Shown here one piece after another: positions 1 through 10,449 of a stretch of DNA of 64,000 nucleotides. Both the position numbers and the translations under genes were made by a program. This DNA comes from a virus, in the IMG/VR virus record IMGVR_UViG_3300028920_000044, positions 32,001 to 96,000 of that record, one strand, 5' to 3'. Below the pieces are notes generated by a model. That model did no database searches. It had not been told where the DNA came from and saw only the letters and a program-made list of their open reading frames with translations. How positions within the stretch are numbered: the first letter of the stretch is position 1; each line of letters starts with the position of its first letter.

Positions 1-284
1 TTTATTTTACCTTCTTTATCTTTTGATATGAATGCTTTCGCTAACGGCATTAAATAGTCACATGGTATTAAATCAATAACACTCATTTTAGACTCAATGT
101 ATTCCTGAATTCTATTCTTTGGATCAACATCTCTAGAGAATGCAGAAGGTTTACCAATTTTATATAGTTCTAAATTTGCAGCACTAAGTGGAGTTACAGT
201 CCTCAATGTTGTATCAATAAGCTGCTTTACTCCTGATTTTTGTGCATTATCTTTTTTCTCATTAACAGTTTTACCATTACTCAT
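1..284 (-). CDS. Partial ORF running off the window edge (MSNGKTVNEKKD...), probable virion protein downstream of tape measure
   Basis: Manually translated: ATG at 284 preceded by AAGGAG, open to position 1. Confidence 0.7.
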   Translation of the reverse strand, partial: MSNGKTVNEKKDNAQKSGVKQLIDTTLRTVTPLSAANLELYKIGKPSAFSRDVDPKNRIQEYIESKMSVIDLIPCDYLMPLAKAFISKDKEGKI

Positions 285-303
285 ATCACGTTTCTCCTTA
301 ATA

Positions 304-326
304 GATGGGGGATTTTCTCCCCCATC
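304..326 (-). terminator. Intergenic hairpin (terminator or processing stem)
   Basis: GATGGGGGA-TTTTC-TCCCCCATC perfect 9-bp stem just after the tape measure stop; no clear U tract. Confidence 0.5.
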
Positions 327-331
327 ATTAA

Positions 332-3300
332 TTAACTAAACGCATGACCTACATTACTATTATATGCATAGTTTTTATATCTGTTATTAAATTCATAAGC
401 ACAATCAACAAACAGGTTTCGGATAAATGTATCTAATGTAGGATCTGTTACTTCTAAATCTTTCTCATCAGCAACTCGACCTTCAGATGTTCCTGGTCTA
501 GGCAAAGGAATAGTCAAAGGTGGCATTATTTGATTCTGAGAATTTGATCTCTCTTTTAATTTAGCCTCTGATTGAATTTCTGATACTTTGTCTGCTAACG
601 AATTGCGAAGAGTAGTAGGGTTATATCGTTCATTAAACGGTCCGGCAGCTTCTGCTCCTTCAATTCCAAGTTTACTTGCATCAATTTCTTGTCCACTAAG
701 TTTTGAACCTAACTGTCTCTCAGCTACAATATCACTAGCATATTCTGGAGTAAAAGAAGGATCAAGACTCTTAAATACTAATTCAGGATCATACCATTTG
801 CCCTTCTTCTTAACTCCGAAGTGAAGATGTTTCTTCATACCTGGAATAGGACCAACATTACCAGCTTGACCAATTACATCTCCTGGATTGACTTCATCGC
901 CAATTTTTACTTGCTTATTACCTAAATGCAAATAGTGTGTACTAAATCCCTTTTCAGCTGATGGACCATGGTGAAGCACTAACGATCCCCATCTATCTCC
1001 ACTTCCAATAACTTTACCTTTAAATGCAGCAACTACATCATCAGCTCTCATATCAGAACCTTTATGTAATTTGCTTGCACCTTTAAGTTTAGTTCTTCTT
1101 GGTCCAAATGGAGAAGTTATAAAATTTGCCCCTGGCCACATGAACCCACCTTTGCCCATTCTCTTACCAACCCTAAAGGGCTTGTATTTAAACTTCCTAT
1201 CACTGAATCCTAAAGCAGTTGTTAGCTTTCCCCACCAACTTGTTGGTTTGACTTCATCAACACCGAATGTTTTTTCTGTATCTAACATTCCTAAGTCATC
1301 ATACATATCCATAGCAGCAGCACTAGCTCCACTAGCTCCAGCCATACCACCCATACCAGCATATCTGCCTCCTGGTTGAACTACTTTTCCTGCAGCGGCA
1401 GTACTACCACCAGCTGCTAACATTCTACCAGCAGAACTACCCATCAATCCGGCATTTTTCTTTACTGCTTCTTGATCTTTCTTTTTAGCATCATCAACAA
1501 TTTTCTTTTTCTGATCAAGTCGTTTCGCTTCATTTTCAATAGAAGCTTTCGCAGCAGTTTCTATATCTTTAGCTTTCTTTTCAGAGTCTTTTAATTTATC
1601 AGCATCAGATTTGGTATATTTGCTTGCAGGTGATTTTGGAGCATCACCAGCTTTTGGTTTTAATCTCCCTTCTTGTTGTTGTAACATTTTAAGTTGAACA
1701 GAAGGAGGAAGATCAGACCATGCCGCCATTTGCCCGGCATAATGATCAATATATTCTTTATCATTTTGGTCTACAGCTTGTTCATATTTACGAATTGCTT
1801 CTTTATGTAAATTATTATCAATACGAGTAAATTTCTTTACATCTGTACCCGTCGTTTTCTTAATTTCTGTTTTTACCTGGTTCTCAGCATCTGCTTCGGC
1901 TACAGTAACCCAACCGTATCTATTACTAATAGAAGGCACTATCTTTTTATATCGTAACATCATAAAATTGGTGATAATACCTTCATCATCATAAACATAT
2001 AATTTTTTAGCTTCAGGACTTGAGTTACCTTCTAATCTCTCAGTCATCGTCCCTTTAATCTTTTTAGTCTGCGCTTTAGATTCCTGTACTTGCTTAATTA
2101 CTTTACTGGTGCCTGTCATTTTATCAACATCAATTGCACCTAATGTTGCCCATTTAAGACCAGTACCAGCACCGAGACCTAACTTTTGCCACGCAGATAA
2201 TTTCTCACCCAAAGGATCTCCATACTTTTCTTGAGCTCGATAAGCACCAGCTGCAGTACCTCCTATTCCAGCTAATGCTGTTAATCCAGCAGCACCTATA
2301 GTTCTAGCACCGGTGGCTAATCCTCTACCAAGACCCCCAAGAGCTCTACCAGCCATTGGTACACCTCTTTTAGCAATCCAACTAGCACCTTTTTTAACTC
2401 CTGTTTTAGCAAGACCAGCCGCCTTCTTTGAAGCAAAAAGACCAGCGCCAACACCAAGTCCACCACCAACAATAGCACCAGGAACACCACCAGGAATACC
2501 ACCAGCCACTCCTCCTAAAAGAGCAAGTATAGCAGGAACAGCAAGTGGTAAGAAAGACATTGCACTACTAATATCAAATCCACCTTTCTCTTTCTTCTTT
2601 TTGCTTTTCTTTCCTATACCTTTGTGATCTGTATCTTCAGTATTCTCATCGATCTCACCAAGCTTTTCAAGCACTGAATCCATCCACTTGACAGCTTTCA
2701 ATTGTGCCGTTTTTTCTTTGAGTTCATTTAACTCAGACTTGAGACCTCTACCATATGCTCCAGCAGCACCTTTAACATCATCACCACTACCAGTTAACAT
2801 CTTTAATATAAGTTGAGGTCCACCAATTATTTCACCTTTATGAACATATGCTAAACCAGTTTGACCTACAACTCCACCATCTGCTGCTGCAGCTTTTTTC
2901 TCTCCATACCAATTTTCTGGATCATAATCATCAGCAGCATTTCGTCCAAGACTTTGTAGATATTCAACGATACTGATAATTTTACTAACAGGACTGCGAT
3001 GTGGTAATACGTCGCCAATATCTGAACTATCATCAAACTCTTTTATTATTTTTTGTAGTTCCCGTTGTCTTGAACTAGCAGTTGATCTTTGAACTGTAGG
3101 GCTTTCATGTTCGGCCCATATCCTTTCTAATTCTGCCTGAGGATCACGATTTTGTTTCTCTATTAATGCTTGTCGTTCTTGAGGAGACATACCTCTCATC
3201 ATCTGAGCTTCTTTTCTTACACGAATCTTTTCTTCTTCTATCTTTTTCTCTTCTTCCTGTTTAGCTTTTATTTCTTCTTGTCTCTTTGTCCATTCTTGTG

Positions 3301-6217
3301 AAACTTCAAACAATCCTGGGAATTTAAGGATCATACCATCTGCTACATTCGCCAATGTTACAGGCAAAGGATCTGATGTTCCTCTATGAATGTCTAATAA
3401 TAAACCATACATTCCGCCAGGTTCAGCTAATGCTCTTTCTACTTCTTTATTACCACGGAACATTTGACCTTTTACTTCAGCACCCATTCCACCAATTGTC
3501 GATCCTTTATTCTGCAACGCCATCTGAATGAAACCGAGATTATTAATATTTGTAAAGAACTCGTCATCGTCAACACCAAGCCTACCATACGCATCAGAAG
3601 TTAATCTGCCCTTTAAATATTCTTTAATAAACTTCTTATCACCAGATTTAAACATATCAGGCATTTCAGCAAACCCGGCACTCATTCTTACAATATCTTC
3701 ACCACTAAGTCCTTCAAACGTTTTCTGAGTCTGCATAAACTCCAGTATATTCGGAGGAATAGCACCAGCAGCTCCACCTAACCCACCCATTAACAACAAT
3801 GGTAATAAAGCACCACCTGTTGCTAATGAAGCAGCTCCACCTAATATACCAGCACCAGCACCAGCAGCCACACCACCTATACCACCCATCATTTTACGTT
3901 GCATCTGAGGCCATATATCTTGCTCAAATGACATTTGCTTTCTAGCTTGTTCTGCCCCAAACCATCCTGGAACAACTCGAGCTCTACCTCTACCCTTTGC
4001 ACCACGCTGACGATACATCGCGGTTTCCATTACTTCTTCAGGGGTAAGAGTCATTTCTTGACCAATTTCAATAAGTGGAGCAGCAAGAGCCATTTGTAAT
4101 GCACCTACTAACCCTCCACGTTTTTGACCACCAGTCGCCATATCATAAGGCATAGCTTCAACACCACGAACCATTCCAGCTGCACCTGAAAGTCTTTCTT
4201 CTACTGTTCCTCCACCTGCTCCAGTTATTTTATTAACTAACCACCCTACTCGATCCATTCCTGTTCCCTTGAATGCACCTTCCAGAGCGATTTGCATTCT
4301 TTCTCTATCTTGCTTATGTTGATCTTCAAGACCTTTCTCATCTAAATATTTACCAGCAGTATAACTCCACACACCTTTTTGAACTTGCATACTATAAGTT
4401 CGTTCATCCCTCTTATGAGTTATACCCGTCATTTGTTGAGTTAAAAGAAACATCACACCATAAATATTGGCCAATTCTTGGACCTGTCTCCAACCAATAC
4501 TTCGCATCTCTTCCATTATATCAGGAAGACCACGACCCATAAATTCGTTAGCCATTTCTTGTGGTGATTTATAGATACCAGCTTTCTTTCTTAAAGTCTC
4601 TTCACTCTCTAACATCTCTTGTGTTTCTTCTCCACCTAACATAAAGCTTCGTGCACCACCCCATATACTTTTCGCTGCGCCACGAACTTTACCACCTATT
4701 GAGAATGGAAGTTTCAACATATTCCACAAAGCATTAACACCAGGAATATTAGTCAGCATTTCCGCCGGACTCTTTAGGACATCCCAGATCTTACCAATTG
4801 CAGATCTCTCATAATCATCACTCTTAATAGCAGTGTCTGGAATACCAAATCCAGTTCTACGAATAGCTAATAATTCACTTGCAGATAATCTCTGAATATC
4901 AAATGATGCTCCTAATATACTTAACATTTTAACTTCATGACTAGGAGCCATATCGATAATCTGTCGAGATGTCATTTCAAGTAAACGACTTTGTGCTACT
5001 CCTAAACCTCGTTCTTTAGCAGTCTTCTTCCAATCCTTTCTCTCACTGCTACTGGAATACGCTGCAGATAACTCTTCTTGAAAGTCTTTCGGTAATTTAC
5101 CTGTGCTAATGAAATTAAATAATTGACCAAATATATCATATTTAGCAACTGTTCTTGACATAAAGCCTTCAGCAGCACCTACAGCTTTACTAATAGTGCC
5201 ACCTTCAGTTAGGCCAGTAGTTGCTTTACTATAAGCTTCACCTGCACCAACTATACCCTTTTCTTTTTCTTCTCTTAGATATTTCTGATCAGCCCACATT
5301 TCAGGCAAAACGGATGTATGTGCTTCAATCCATTTCATTATCTGAATTTGTAACTGATCACCAGGCTGCAACTGTCCTTTAGACGCTAACATATTAATTT
5401 GAGCATCAAGGGATTGTGAGAAAGAGAACTTAGCTTCCTCTGCTCCACCAGAACTTCTTTGAGCTGTTATTTTCGCCATCTTACGAGCCTTCATCATACC
5501 AAGACCCATTTGAGCAGCAATCATTGGAGCCATCCCAGTCGCCATTCCAGCCATTGAACTAGGATCTGTCATTCCAGCAGGTAGAGTCATTCCCATCTTT
5601 TTAGCAGCAGCCCCGGCCATTGGTCTACCAGCATCATATAATCCCATTGACCCTTGCAGACTGGAAGGCATACCTCCACCATACACCATACTTGCAACTC
5701 GCGGTGCAGCTATTGCTCTATTAGCTAGACTTAACGTACTAAGTGCGCTACTGGCAGTACCTGTAGCGCCTAATTGTTTTCTATGTTGTTGTTCATAGGC
5801 CAATTGTTTTTGCCTTGGGACATTCATAATCCCAGAAGTACCTAAATAACCCAATCCGCCCATCTTAGTTATAGCATCAGTTAATGCGCCAGTGTCAACT
5901 CCACCAGCAGCTCCACCAGCAACACCTCTTACCTTAGATATTTTAGAAACAGCTTTACCAATAACTTCATCTAAATTATCCATTCTTGATACAGCGCTAA
6001 GAGCCATACCAGGCATAAGAGTAGCTTTTTGAATTGCTGTAGCTACTTTGCTACTACGTTGTGCCTCTAATTCTCCTCTTAGCATTTCACTCATATCTGT
6101 GTCGCCAGGTCGACCTCCACCACCTTTACCTTTATTTCTCGATGCTTCAATCATACCCGCAAGTTGAGCAATTTGTTGATTCGACGTACCATACTGCGGT
6201 TTATTTGGTTGTGGCAT
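332..6217 (-). CDS. Tail tape measure protein with C-terminal M23 (lysostaphin-type) peptidase
   Basis: 1961 aa, Gly/Ala/Met-rich helical with glycine-zipper TM segments; GGVVGQTGLAYVHKGE motif; M23 motifs ITSPFGPR, HKGSD, YLHL, HLHF. Confidence 0.85.
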   Translation of the reverse strand: MPQPNKPQYGTSNQQIAQLAGMIEASRNKGKGGGGRPGDTDMSEMLRGELEAQRSSKVATAIQKATLMPGMALSAVSRMDNLDEVIGKAVSKISKVRGVAGGAAGGVDTGALTDAITKMGGLGYLGTSGIMNVPRQKQLAYEQQHRKQLGATGTASSALSTLSLANRAIAAPRVASMVYGGGMPSSLQGSMGLYDAGRPMAGAAAKKMGMTLPAGMTDPSSMAGMATGMAPMIAAQMGLGMMKARKMAKITAQRSSGGAEEAKFSFSQSLDAQINMLASKGQLQPGDQLQIQIMKWIEAHTSVLPEMWADQKYLREEKEKGIVGAGEAYSKATTGLTEGGTISKAVGAAEGFMSRTVAKYDIFGQLFNFISTGKLPKDFQEELSAAYSSSSERKDWKKTAKERGLGVAQSRLLEMTSRQIIDMAPSHEVKMLSILGASFDIQRLSASELLAIRRTGFGIPDTAIKSDDYERSAIGKIWDVLKSPAEMLTNIPGVNALWNMLKLPFSIGGKVRGAAKSIWGGARSFMLGGEETQEMLESEETLRKKAGIYKSPQEMANEFMGRGLPDIMEEMRSIGWRQVQELANIYGVMFLLTQQMTGITHKRDERTYSMQVQKGVWSYTAGKYLDEKGLEDQHKQDRERMQIALEGAFKGTGMDRVGWLVNKITGAGGGTVEERLSGAAGMVRGVEAMPYDMATGGQKRGGLVGALQMALAAPLIEIGQEMTLTPEEVMETAMYRQRGAKGRGRARVVPGWFGAEQARKQMSFEQDIWPQMQRKMMGGIGGVAAGAGAGILGGAASLATGGALLPLLLMGGLGGAAGAIPPNILEFMQTQKTFEGLSGEDIVRMSAGFAEMPDMFKSGDKKFIKEYLKGRLTSDAYGRLGVDDDEFFTNINNLGFIQMALQNKGSTIGGMGAEVKGQMFRGNKEVERALAEPGGMYGLLLDIHRGTSDPLPVTLANVADGMILKFPGLFEVSQEWTKRQEEIKAKQEEEKKIEEEKIRVRKEAQMMRGMSPQERQALIEKQNRDPQAELERIWAEHESPTVQRSTASSRQRELQKIIKEFDDSSDIGDVLPHRSPVSKIISIVEYLQSLGRNAADDYDPENWYGEKKAAAADGGVVGQTGLAYVHKGEIIGGPQLILKMLTGSGDDVKGAAGAYGRGLKSELNELKEKTAQLKAVKWMDSVLEKLGEIDENTEDTDHKGIGKKSKKKKEKGGFDISSAMSFLPLAVPAILALLGGVAGGIPGGVPGAIVGGGLGVGAGLFASKKAAGLAKTGVKKGASWIAKRGVPMAGRALGGLGRGLATGARTIGAAGLTALAGIGGTAAGAYRAQEKYGDPLGEKLSAWQKLGLGAGTGLKWATLGAIDVDKMTGTSKVIKQVQESKAQTKKIKGTMTERLEGNSSPEAKKLYVYDDEGIITNFMMLRYKKIVPSISNRYGWVTVAEADAENQVKTEIKKTTGTDVKKFTRIDNNLHKEAIRKYEQAVDQNDKEYIDHYAGQMAAWSDLPPSVQLKMLQQQEGRLKPKAGDAPKSPASKYTKSDADKLKDSEKKAKDIETAAKASIENEAKRLDQKKKIVDDAKKKDQEAVKKNAGLMGSSAGRMLAAGGSTAAAGKVVQPGGRYAGMGGMAGASGASAAAMDMYDDLGMLDTEKTFGVDEVKPTSWWGKLTTALGFSDRKFKYKPFRVGKRMGKGGFMWPGANFITSPFGPRRTKLKGASKLHKGSDMRADDVVAAFKGKVIGSGDRWGSLVLHHGPSAEKGFSTHYLHLGNKQVKIGDEVNPGDVIGQAGNVGPIPGMKKHLHFGVKKKGKWYDPELVFKSLDPSFTPEYASDIVAERQLGSKLSGQEIDASKLGIEGAEAAGPFNERYNPTTLRNSLADKVSEIQSEAKLKERSNSQNQIMPPLTIPLPRPGTSEGRVADEKDLEVTDPTLDTFIRNLFVDCAYEFNNRYKNYAYNSNVGHAFS

Positions 6218-6230
6218 TTTATTTCCTCAA

Positions 6231-8084
6231 TTACATAGTGAAAAATGGCATAAAGGAACTTTCTAATGCATCATCTTCAGGTACAACAGTTTCAAATGAA
6301 TAGTCATCATCTGCCCCAAGAATCACACCAGATTCAAATTTTTGTTTAAATGCAATATAATCTTTTGGACTCGCTACACTCGCAGCAGTCTTAATTGTCT
6401 CTAATAATCGGTTCTGTATTTCCATATTAGTGAATTGAACCATGGGCATAATCTCCATAGCTCTTCTGTGTCTAGTAAATGCACAGAAAGAAGAACCCAT
6501 AAACAAATCAGTATGTGATTTAGATCTAATCGACCCTGAATTTGTTTTCTCAATAGCACCAAATTGATTAATTAAATTTTGCGATTTAAATCCTGTTATG
6601 TTTTCATTAATACATTCGATTAAACAACCCACCATTAAGGGTTTAGTTAGACCTGTTGTTTTAACACCTAGTTCGTCTTTTAAATCACCAGTCTTATCTA
6701 TATCTCTCTCAAGGAATGGGAGGTAATTGAACGTTGTTATATGTCTCGTCAGGTATTCTATAGGTGCCTGACCTATCGTATTATTCTCAATCGTTAAAAT
6801 AATACGTTCTCCGACCTGTGCGAATAACCACTGAAAAACAAAATGTATAACTTCCCCAAAATTTGTGTAGGATCCGAATTTGTTATTCATTTCAGCGATT
6901 TGATTAAACTTTCGAAATCCATAAATTTCTATAGCACAATACGCCCCTGTTAATGATTGAGCTGTGTCACATCCTATAATATAGTAATCTGATTTATCGA
7001 GTACATTAGTGTAAATATCCAATCTTGAATGATGTGGACACGGCAAAGTCATTACAGGTTTACTTGAAGTAAAGGCAGCAAGAGTTTCATCGTCAAAAAT
7101 ACATTGAGTAGTACCAACGAATAAAAGATCCAATTCCTGATTAACCTTACGTTGATCACTAAGTTCCTGACATTGTTCTTGATACCATTCCTCAGTTTTA
7201 GTTGGGTCTTCACTCCAATGATATCTAACTCTAACAAAAGTATTCTTAGATGGATCTCTAACAGCATCATCTATAACAACATCTGGATTCCAATTTTCCA
7301 ATCCAGTTTCAGAGTTTTCAACAAATAAATCATCTGATTCAACTCCATTTGTCCATCTATTGTAAAACCATTCACCGTCCCCTTGGGTACCGTTCGGAGT
7401 ACTGGTGATTAGCATGAAGTATGGATAATTATATCTCTGCGCTTGCTCCCTTGCCTTAGATAGAGTTTGTTGAGCAGAACCGTAGATTTCATCCATGTAT
7501 CTAATAAATGCAGCTTCGTCAATATATAAAATACCAACAGTTAATGATCGAGCAAGAGTGCTAGGATCATGAGTAGTTGCAGGATAGAATACGTCTACTC
7601 TAGAATCATTAAACAATTCTAAATATGTAACAATATCACTCTTATTTTTAAAGGGTTTATTTGTTACCATCCATTCCGGCAAATTACTGATTATAAACTT
7701 GACTGTTCTTAAGTTTCGTTTACCAGCATCTTGTTTCATATTCAAAATAACTGCTTTATTCCTAGGAAAGAAAACCATAGCCCATACAACTAAGCAAGCT
7801 GCAATGGTTGATTTCCCTAACTGACGAGAAGCCATTAATATGCATTTTTTAAATCTATAAATCGAGCGAACTACTCGACGCATTTTATTATGCATTAAAT
7901 CTCTTTCATAAAGCGTTTGTCCACCACCTTCGTCTAAGAAGCAATAGTTATGTATAAAATAAAGTGGATTACATCTACACTTCCAGACTTCCATCGCTCT
8001 ATGTTTCTTTTCTTCTTCGGATATTTGCCCTAATGCTCTAGATCGAACCATCGTTCGAAGATTTGTGTTTCTAGCATACCGCAT
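6231..8084 (-). CDS. terL: Terminase large subunit
   Basis: PLYFIHNYC N-terminus, Walker A ASRQLGKS, Walker B YIDEAAF, coupling motif ITSTPNG, QELDLLF, nuclease YIIGCD and late HTDL. Confidence 0.93.
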   Translation of the reverse strand: MRYARNTNLRTMVRSRALGQISEEEKKHRAMEVWKCRCNPLYFIHNYCFLDEGGGQTLYERDLMHNKMRRVVRSIYRFKKCILMASRQLGKSTIAACLVVWAMVFFPRNKAVILNMKQDAGKRNLRTVKFIISNLPEWMVTNKPFKNKSDIVTYLELFNDSRVDVFYPATTHDPSTLARSLTVGILYIDEAAFIRYMDEIYGSAQQTLSKAREQAQRYNYPYFMLITSTPNGTQGDGEWFYNRWTNGVESDDLFVENSETGLENWNPDVVIDDAVRDPSKNTFVRVRYHWSEDPTKTEEWYQEQCQELSDQRKVNQELDLLFVGTTQCIFDDETLAAFTSSKPVMTLPCPHHSRLDIYTNVLDKSDYYIIGCDTAQSLTGAYCAIEIYGFRKFNQIAEMNNKFGSYTNFGEVIHFVFQWLFAQVGERIILTIENNTIGQAPIEYLTRHITTFNYLPFLERDIDKTGDLKDELGVKTTGLTKPLMVGCLIECINENITGFKSQNLINQFGAIEKTNSGSIRSKSHTDLFMGSSFCAFTRHRRAMEIMPMVQFTNMEIQNRLLETIKTAASVASPKDYIAFKQKFESGVILGADDDYSFETVVPEDDALESSFMPFFTM

Positions 8085-8106
8085 GATCGCCTCCGTTCAT
8101 CCGGCA

Positions 8107-8535
8107 TTAGATATAAGCAGAAAGGCCTTCACCAACTGGCTGACCTTGACTGTTACCTTCTGGCGGAGTTGCTATTGATGCAACTTGTTCTTCTTTGTCT
8201 TTTAAAACTCTAGGAGGAACAATACCTTGCTCCATTGATTTTGTATCCTCAGTAGCTTGTGCATTAAGCGCACTTTCAGCAGCCTTAAGTTGCTTTAATT
8301 CTGGATCTCTATTTCTTTCTTCTGCTTGCCTTGCACTCACCTTAGCAGCCCTCTTTTCTTGGTCCATTTTATCAGCAACTTCAGCTTCAATCCCTTCTTC
8401 CTCAGTTTGTTCTGGAGTTACTACTCGACCCATTGCCCTCGCATATATACGATCGCTTATATCTCCTGGAGGAACTTGTTCTTCTGGTGACATCTCTTGT
8501 GCTTGTTGTTCTAATATATATAATATTGAAATCAT
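8107..8535 (-). CDS. Hypothetical acidic protein with N-terminal tag (MISILYILE)
   Basis: ORF track; RBS GGAG; tag variant. Confidence 0.75.
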   Translation of the reverse strand: MISILYILEQQAQEMSPEEQVPPGDISDRIYARAMGRVVTPEQTEEEGIEAEVADKMDQEKRAAKVSARQAEERNRDPELKQLKAAESALNAQATEDTKSMEQGIVPPRVLKDKEEQVASIATPPEGNSQGQPVGEGLSAYI

Positions 8536-9179
8536 ATGTATTCTCCTAAATTCTCTAAGTTATCCAAATATCGTACTGATTGTTCTTTACTTGCTGTGAG
8601 TACGCCTTTCTTTACACCATACAATGATCTAGTTAGTGCGCTGGGATATGGGGATAACATAGTTCCTAATTTTTTAGCTGTCCCTAATTTATAATTCATA
8701 TACTTTCTTGTCCCCGACCCTACTACTGTTCCTGTTTTAGTTAAAAACTGTCTTCGACTCATCTTTGCATTATCTGCAATTTTATCGGCAGTCTTAATAG
8801 CAGGATCTAACTTCTTCTCAATATTGGCCGCTCTATCTCTTATACTCTGTAATCCACTAGATCTATTAACAAATTTTTGTCCTATCTTACTATCTAACGC
8901 CTTCTTAACACCACCAGCCATTTCATGAGAATGTTTAAAAGCGGCACCTTTCTCTCCAGCAGCCATAACGTTCTTAATAGCACCAGAACCTGTTATTTTA
9001 TCGGGTTTTCGGCCTTTAGCTCTTTCTTTTTGTAATGCTGATCCAACAGCGGCAGCCATTAATCCTTTACCTGCTGCTTTCCCAAAGTTTCTTCTACTAG
9101 GATCAAATGGTGGTGCTTTAAATGATGGCATTAATCCTTTAAGTTTGGATAATTTAATAGCTTCATCAATACTGAGCAT
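8532..9179 (-). CDS. Basic protein with two twin-arginine-like motifs, putative internal virion protein
   Basis: SRRNFGK and SRRQFLTK motifs; Lys-rich. Confidence 0.7.
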   Translation of the reverse strand: MLSIDEAIKLSKLKGLMPSFKAPPFDPSRRNFGKAAGKGLMAAAVGSALQKERAKGRKPDKITGSGAIKNVMAAGEKGAAFKHSHEMAGGVKKALDSKIGQKFVNRSSGLQSIRDRAANIEKKLDPAIKTADKIADNAKMSRRQFLTKTGTVVGSGTRKYMNYKLGTAKKLGTMLSPYPSALTRSLYGVKKGVLTASKEQSVRYLDNLENLGEYI

Positions 9180-9188
9180 AATAATCTC

Positions 9189-9395
9189 CTAATACCAACT
9201 AATCTTTTTGACAATCTTGCCAAACCCTGACATAATGTTCTGTTGACCTACATCTAAATCAAAACATTTAACATAAAAAAAGCCATCTCCCATTTCGACT
9301 TCATATTTGATATCGTATTCCTTCATCTTTTTTAGTATTGATACTATTGCTTCACTATTATTAATACTATACCGTTGGTTTATCTTTAGGTTCAT
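9189..9395 (-). CDS. Hypothetical protein
   Basis: ORF track; in operon. Confidence 0.6.
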   Translation of the reverse strand: MNLKINQRYSINNSEAIVSILKKMKEYDIKYEVEMGDGFFYVKCFDLDVGQQNIMSGFGKIVKKISWY

Positions 9396-9672
9396 TCCTT
9401 CTCTTTCTTTTGATAACAGTAACTCCTAAATCTAATAATTTAGTTATAATCCAACCAAGTACTCCACCTATTGAACCATTAACAATTACATCACTTTTAG
9501 GTACTAATTTTAATTCTATACCTTTATCAATTATTATCTCTTCAATAGTTTTGTTTTTATTATCTTCTATAGGCGACACTGTTTTAAACTTTGGAGTGTA
9601 TGTTGTAGTCAATGTACCTATCATAATACCTACTAATATTACTGGCAAATAAATCCGAATAAATCGTTTCAT
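9367..9672 (-). CDS. Small membrane protein with two hydrophobic segments
   Basis: N-terminal TM and GGVLGWIITKLL segment. Confidence 0.6.
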   Translation of the reverse strand: MKRFIRIYLPVILVGIMIGTLTTTYTPKFKTVSPIEDNKNKTIEEIIIDKGIELKLVPKSDVIVNGSIGGVLGWIITKLLDLGVTVIKRKRRNEPKDKPTV

Positions 9673-9860
9673 TCGTTTATTTCCTCAATCCATTCTATAT
9701 TCTCAAGTATAGATATTTCGCGCTTTAGTATATTCGTTACTGTAAAATATACAATACATTCATCATATTCAGTAATACAATATCCAATATTGTGTTTCTT
9801 AAGTTCCCTCAATATGTGAACTGCATTGCATCCTGTCTTAATTTTATAATATTTGTCCAT
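9669..9860 (-). CDS. Hypothetical protein, weakly similar to 9189..9395
   Basis: ILRELKKHNIGY versus ILKKMKEYDIKY. Confidence 0.55.
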   Translation of the reverse strand: MDKYYKIKTGCNAVHILRELKKHNIGYCITEYDECIVYFTVTNILKREISILENIEWIEEINE

Positions 9861-9872
9861 AAATATTCTCTT

Positions 9873-10448
9873 TTAATATAATATTCTCTCATTCATCTGT
9901 TTTCTAGCAATCATAAGATTCATAAATTCTTTAACCTTTTTAATTGACGTATGCGCAGTTTTATGAAGTATCCCCATTCCGCCCGCTTGAATAAAATCAT
10001 CAATGTTTTGTTTCTCATCATCAATGAGTACAGCGTTAGATCTAGCGAATTTTGCTTTTAATCTTTTATCAGGAACAACGGACATATTAACTAAATATTG
10101 CGCTCCTAATTCTCGTTCAACCCACATCTCTTTACCTAATTTTCTTTTTCTTCCTGGTCCATGACTTACATTTCGACCAGCAGAGGTAAGAATGTAAGGA
10201 TCTTTATCTTTAATAAATGCCCATAATTCTTTTCCACCCTTTATCCAGGGCATATTGCTCCAAAATATAGAACCACCATGAGAGTCTATTAACTTCCACA
10301 TTTTATTTATTTCGCTATGTTTAAAATCTAGAGATCCTGTCCAACCAATATCTTGCATTGCTTTAACGAAATCTGTAAGTACTCCATCCATGTCACAATA
10401 GATACGGAGTCGTTCTTCTTCATCTATTAAGTACTGTAACGGAATCAT
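9873..10448 (-). CDS. HAD-family 5'(3')-deoxyribonucleotidase
   Basis: IYCDMDGVLTDF, ILTS, LIDD...NI motifs; start moved to ATG 10448 (GGAG RBS, tag MIPLQYLIDE). Confidence 0.88.
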   Translation of the reverse strand: MIPLQYLIDEEERLRIYCDMDGVLTDFVKAMQDIGWTGSLDFKHSEINKMWKLIDSHGGSIFWSNMPWIKGGKELWAFIKDKDPYILTSAGRNVSHGPGRKRKLGKEMWVERELGAQYLVNMSVVPDKRLKAKFARSNAVLIDDEKQNIDDFIQAGGMGILHKTAHTSIKKVKEFMNLMIARKQMNERILY

Positions 10449-10449
10449 A

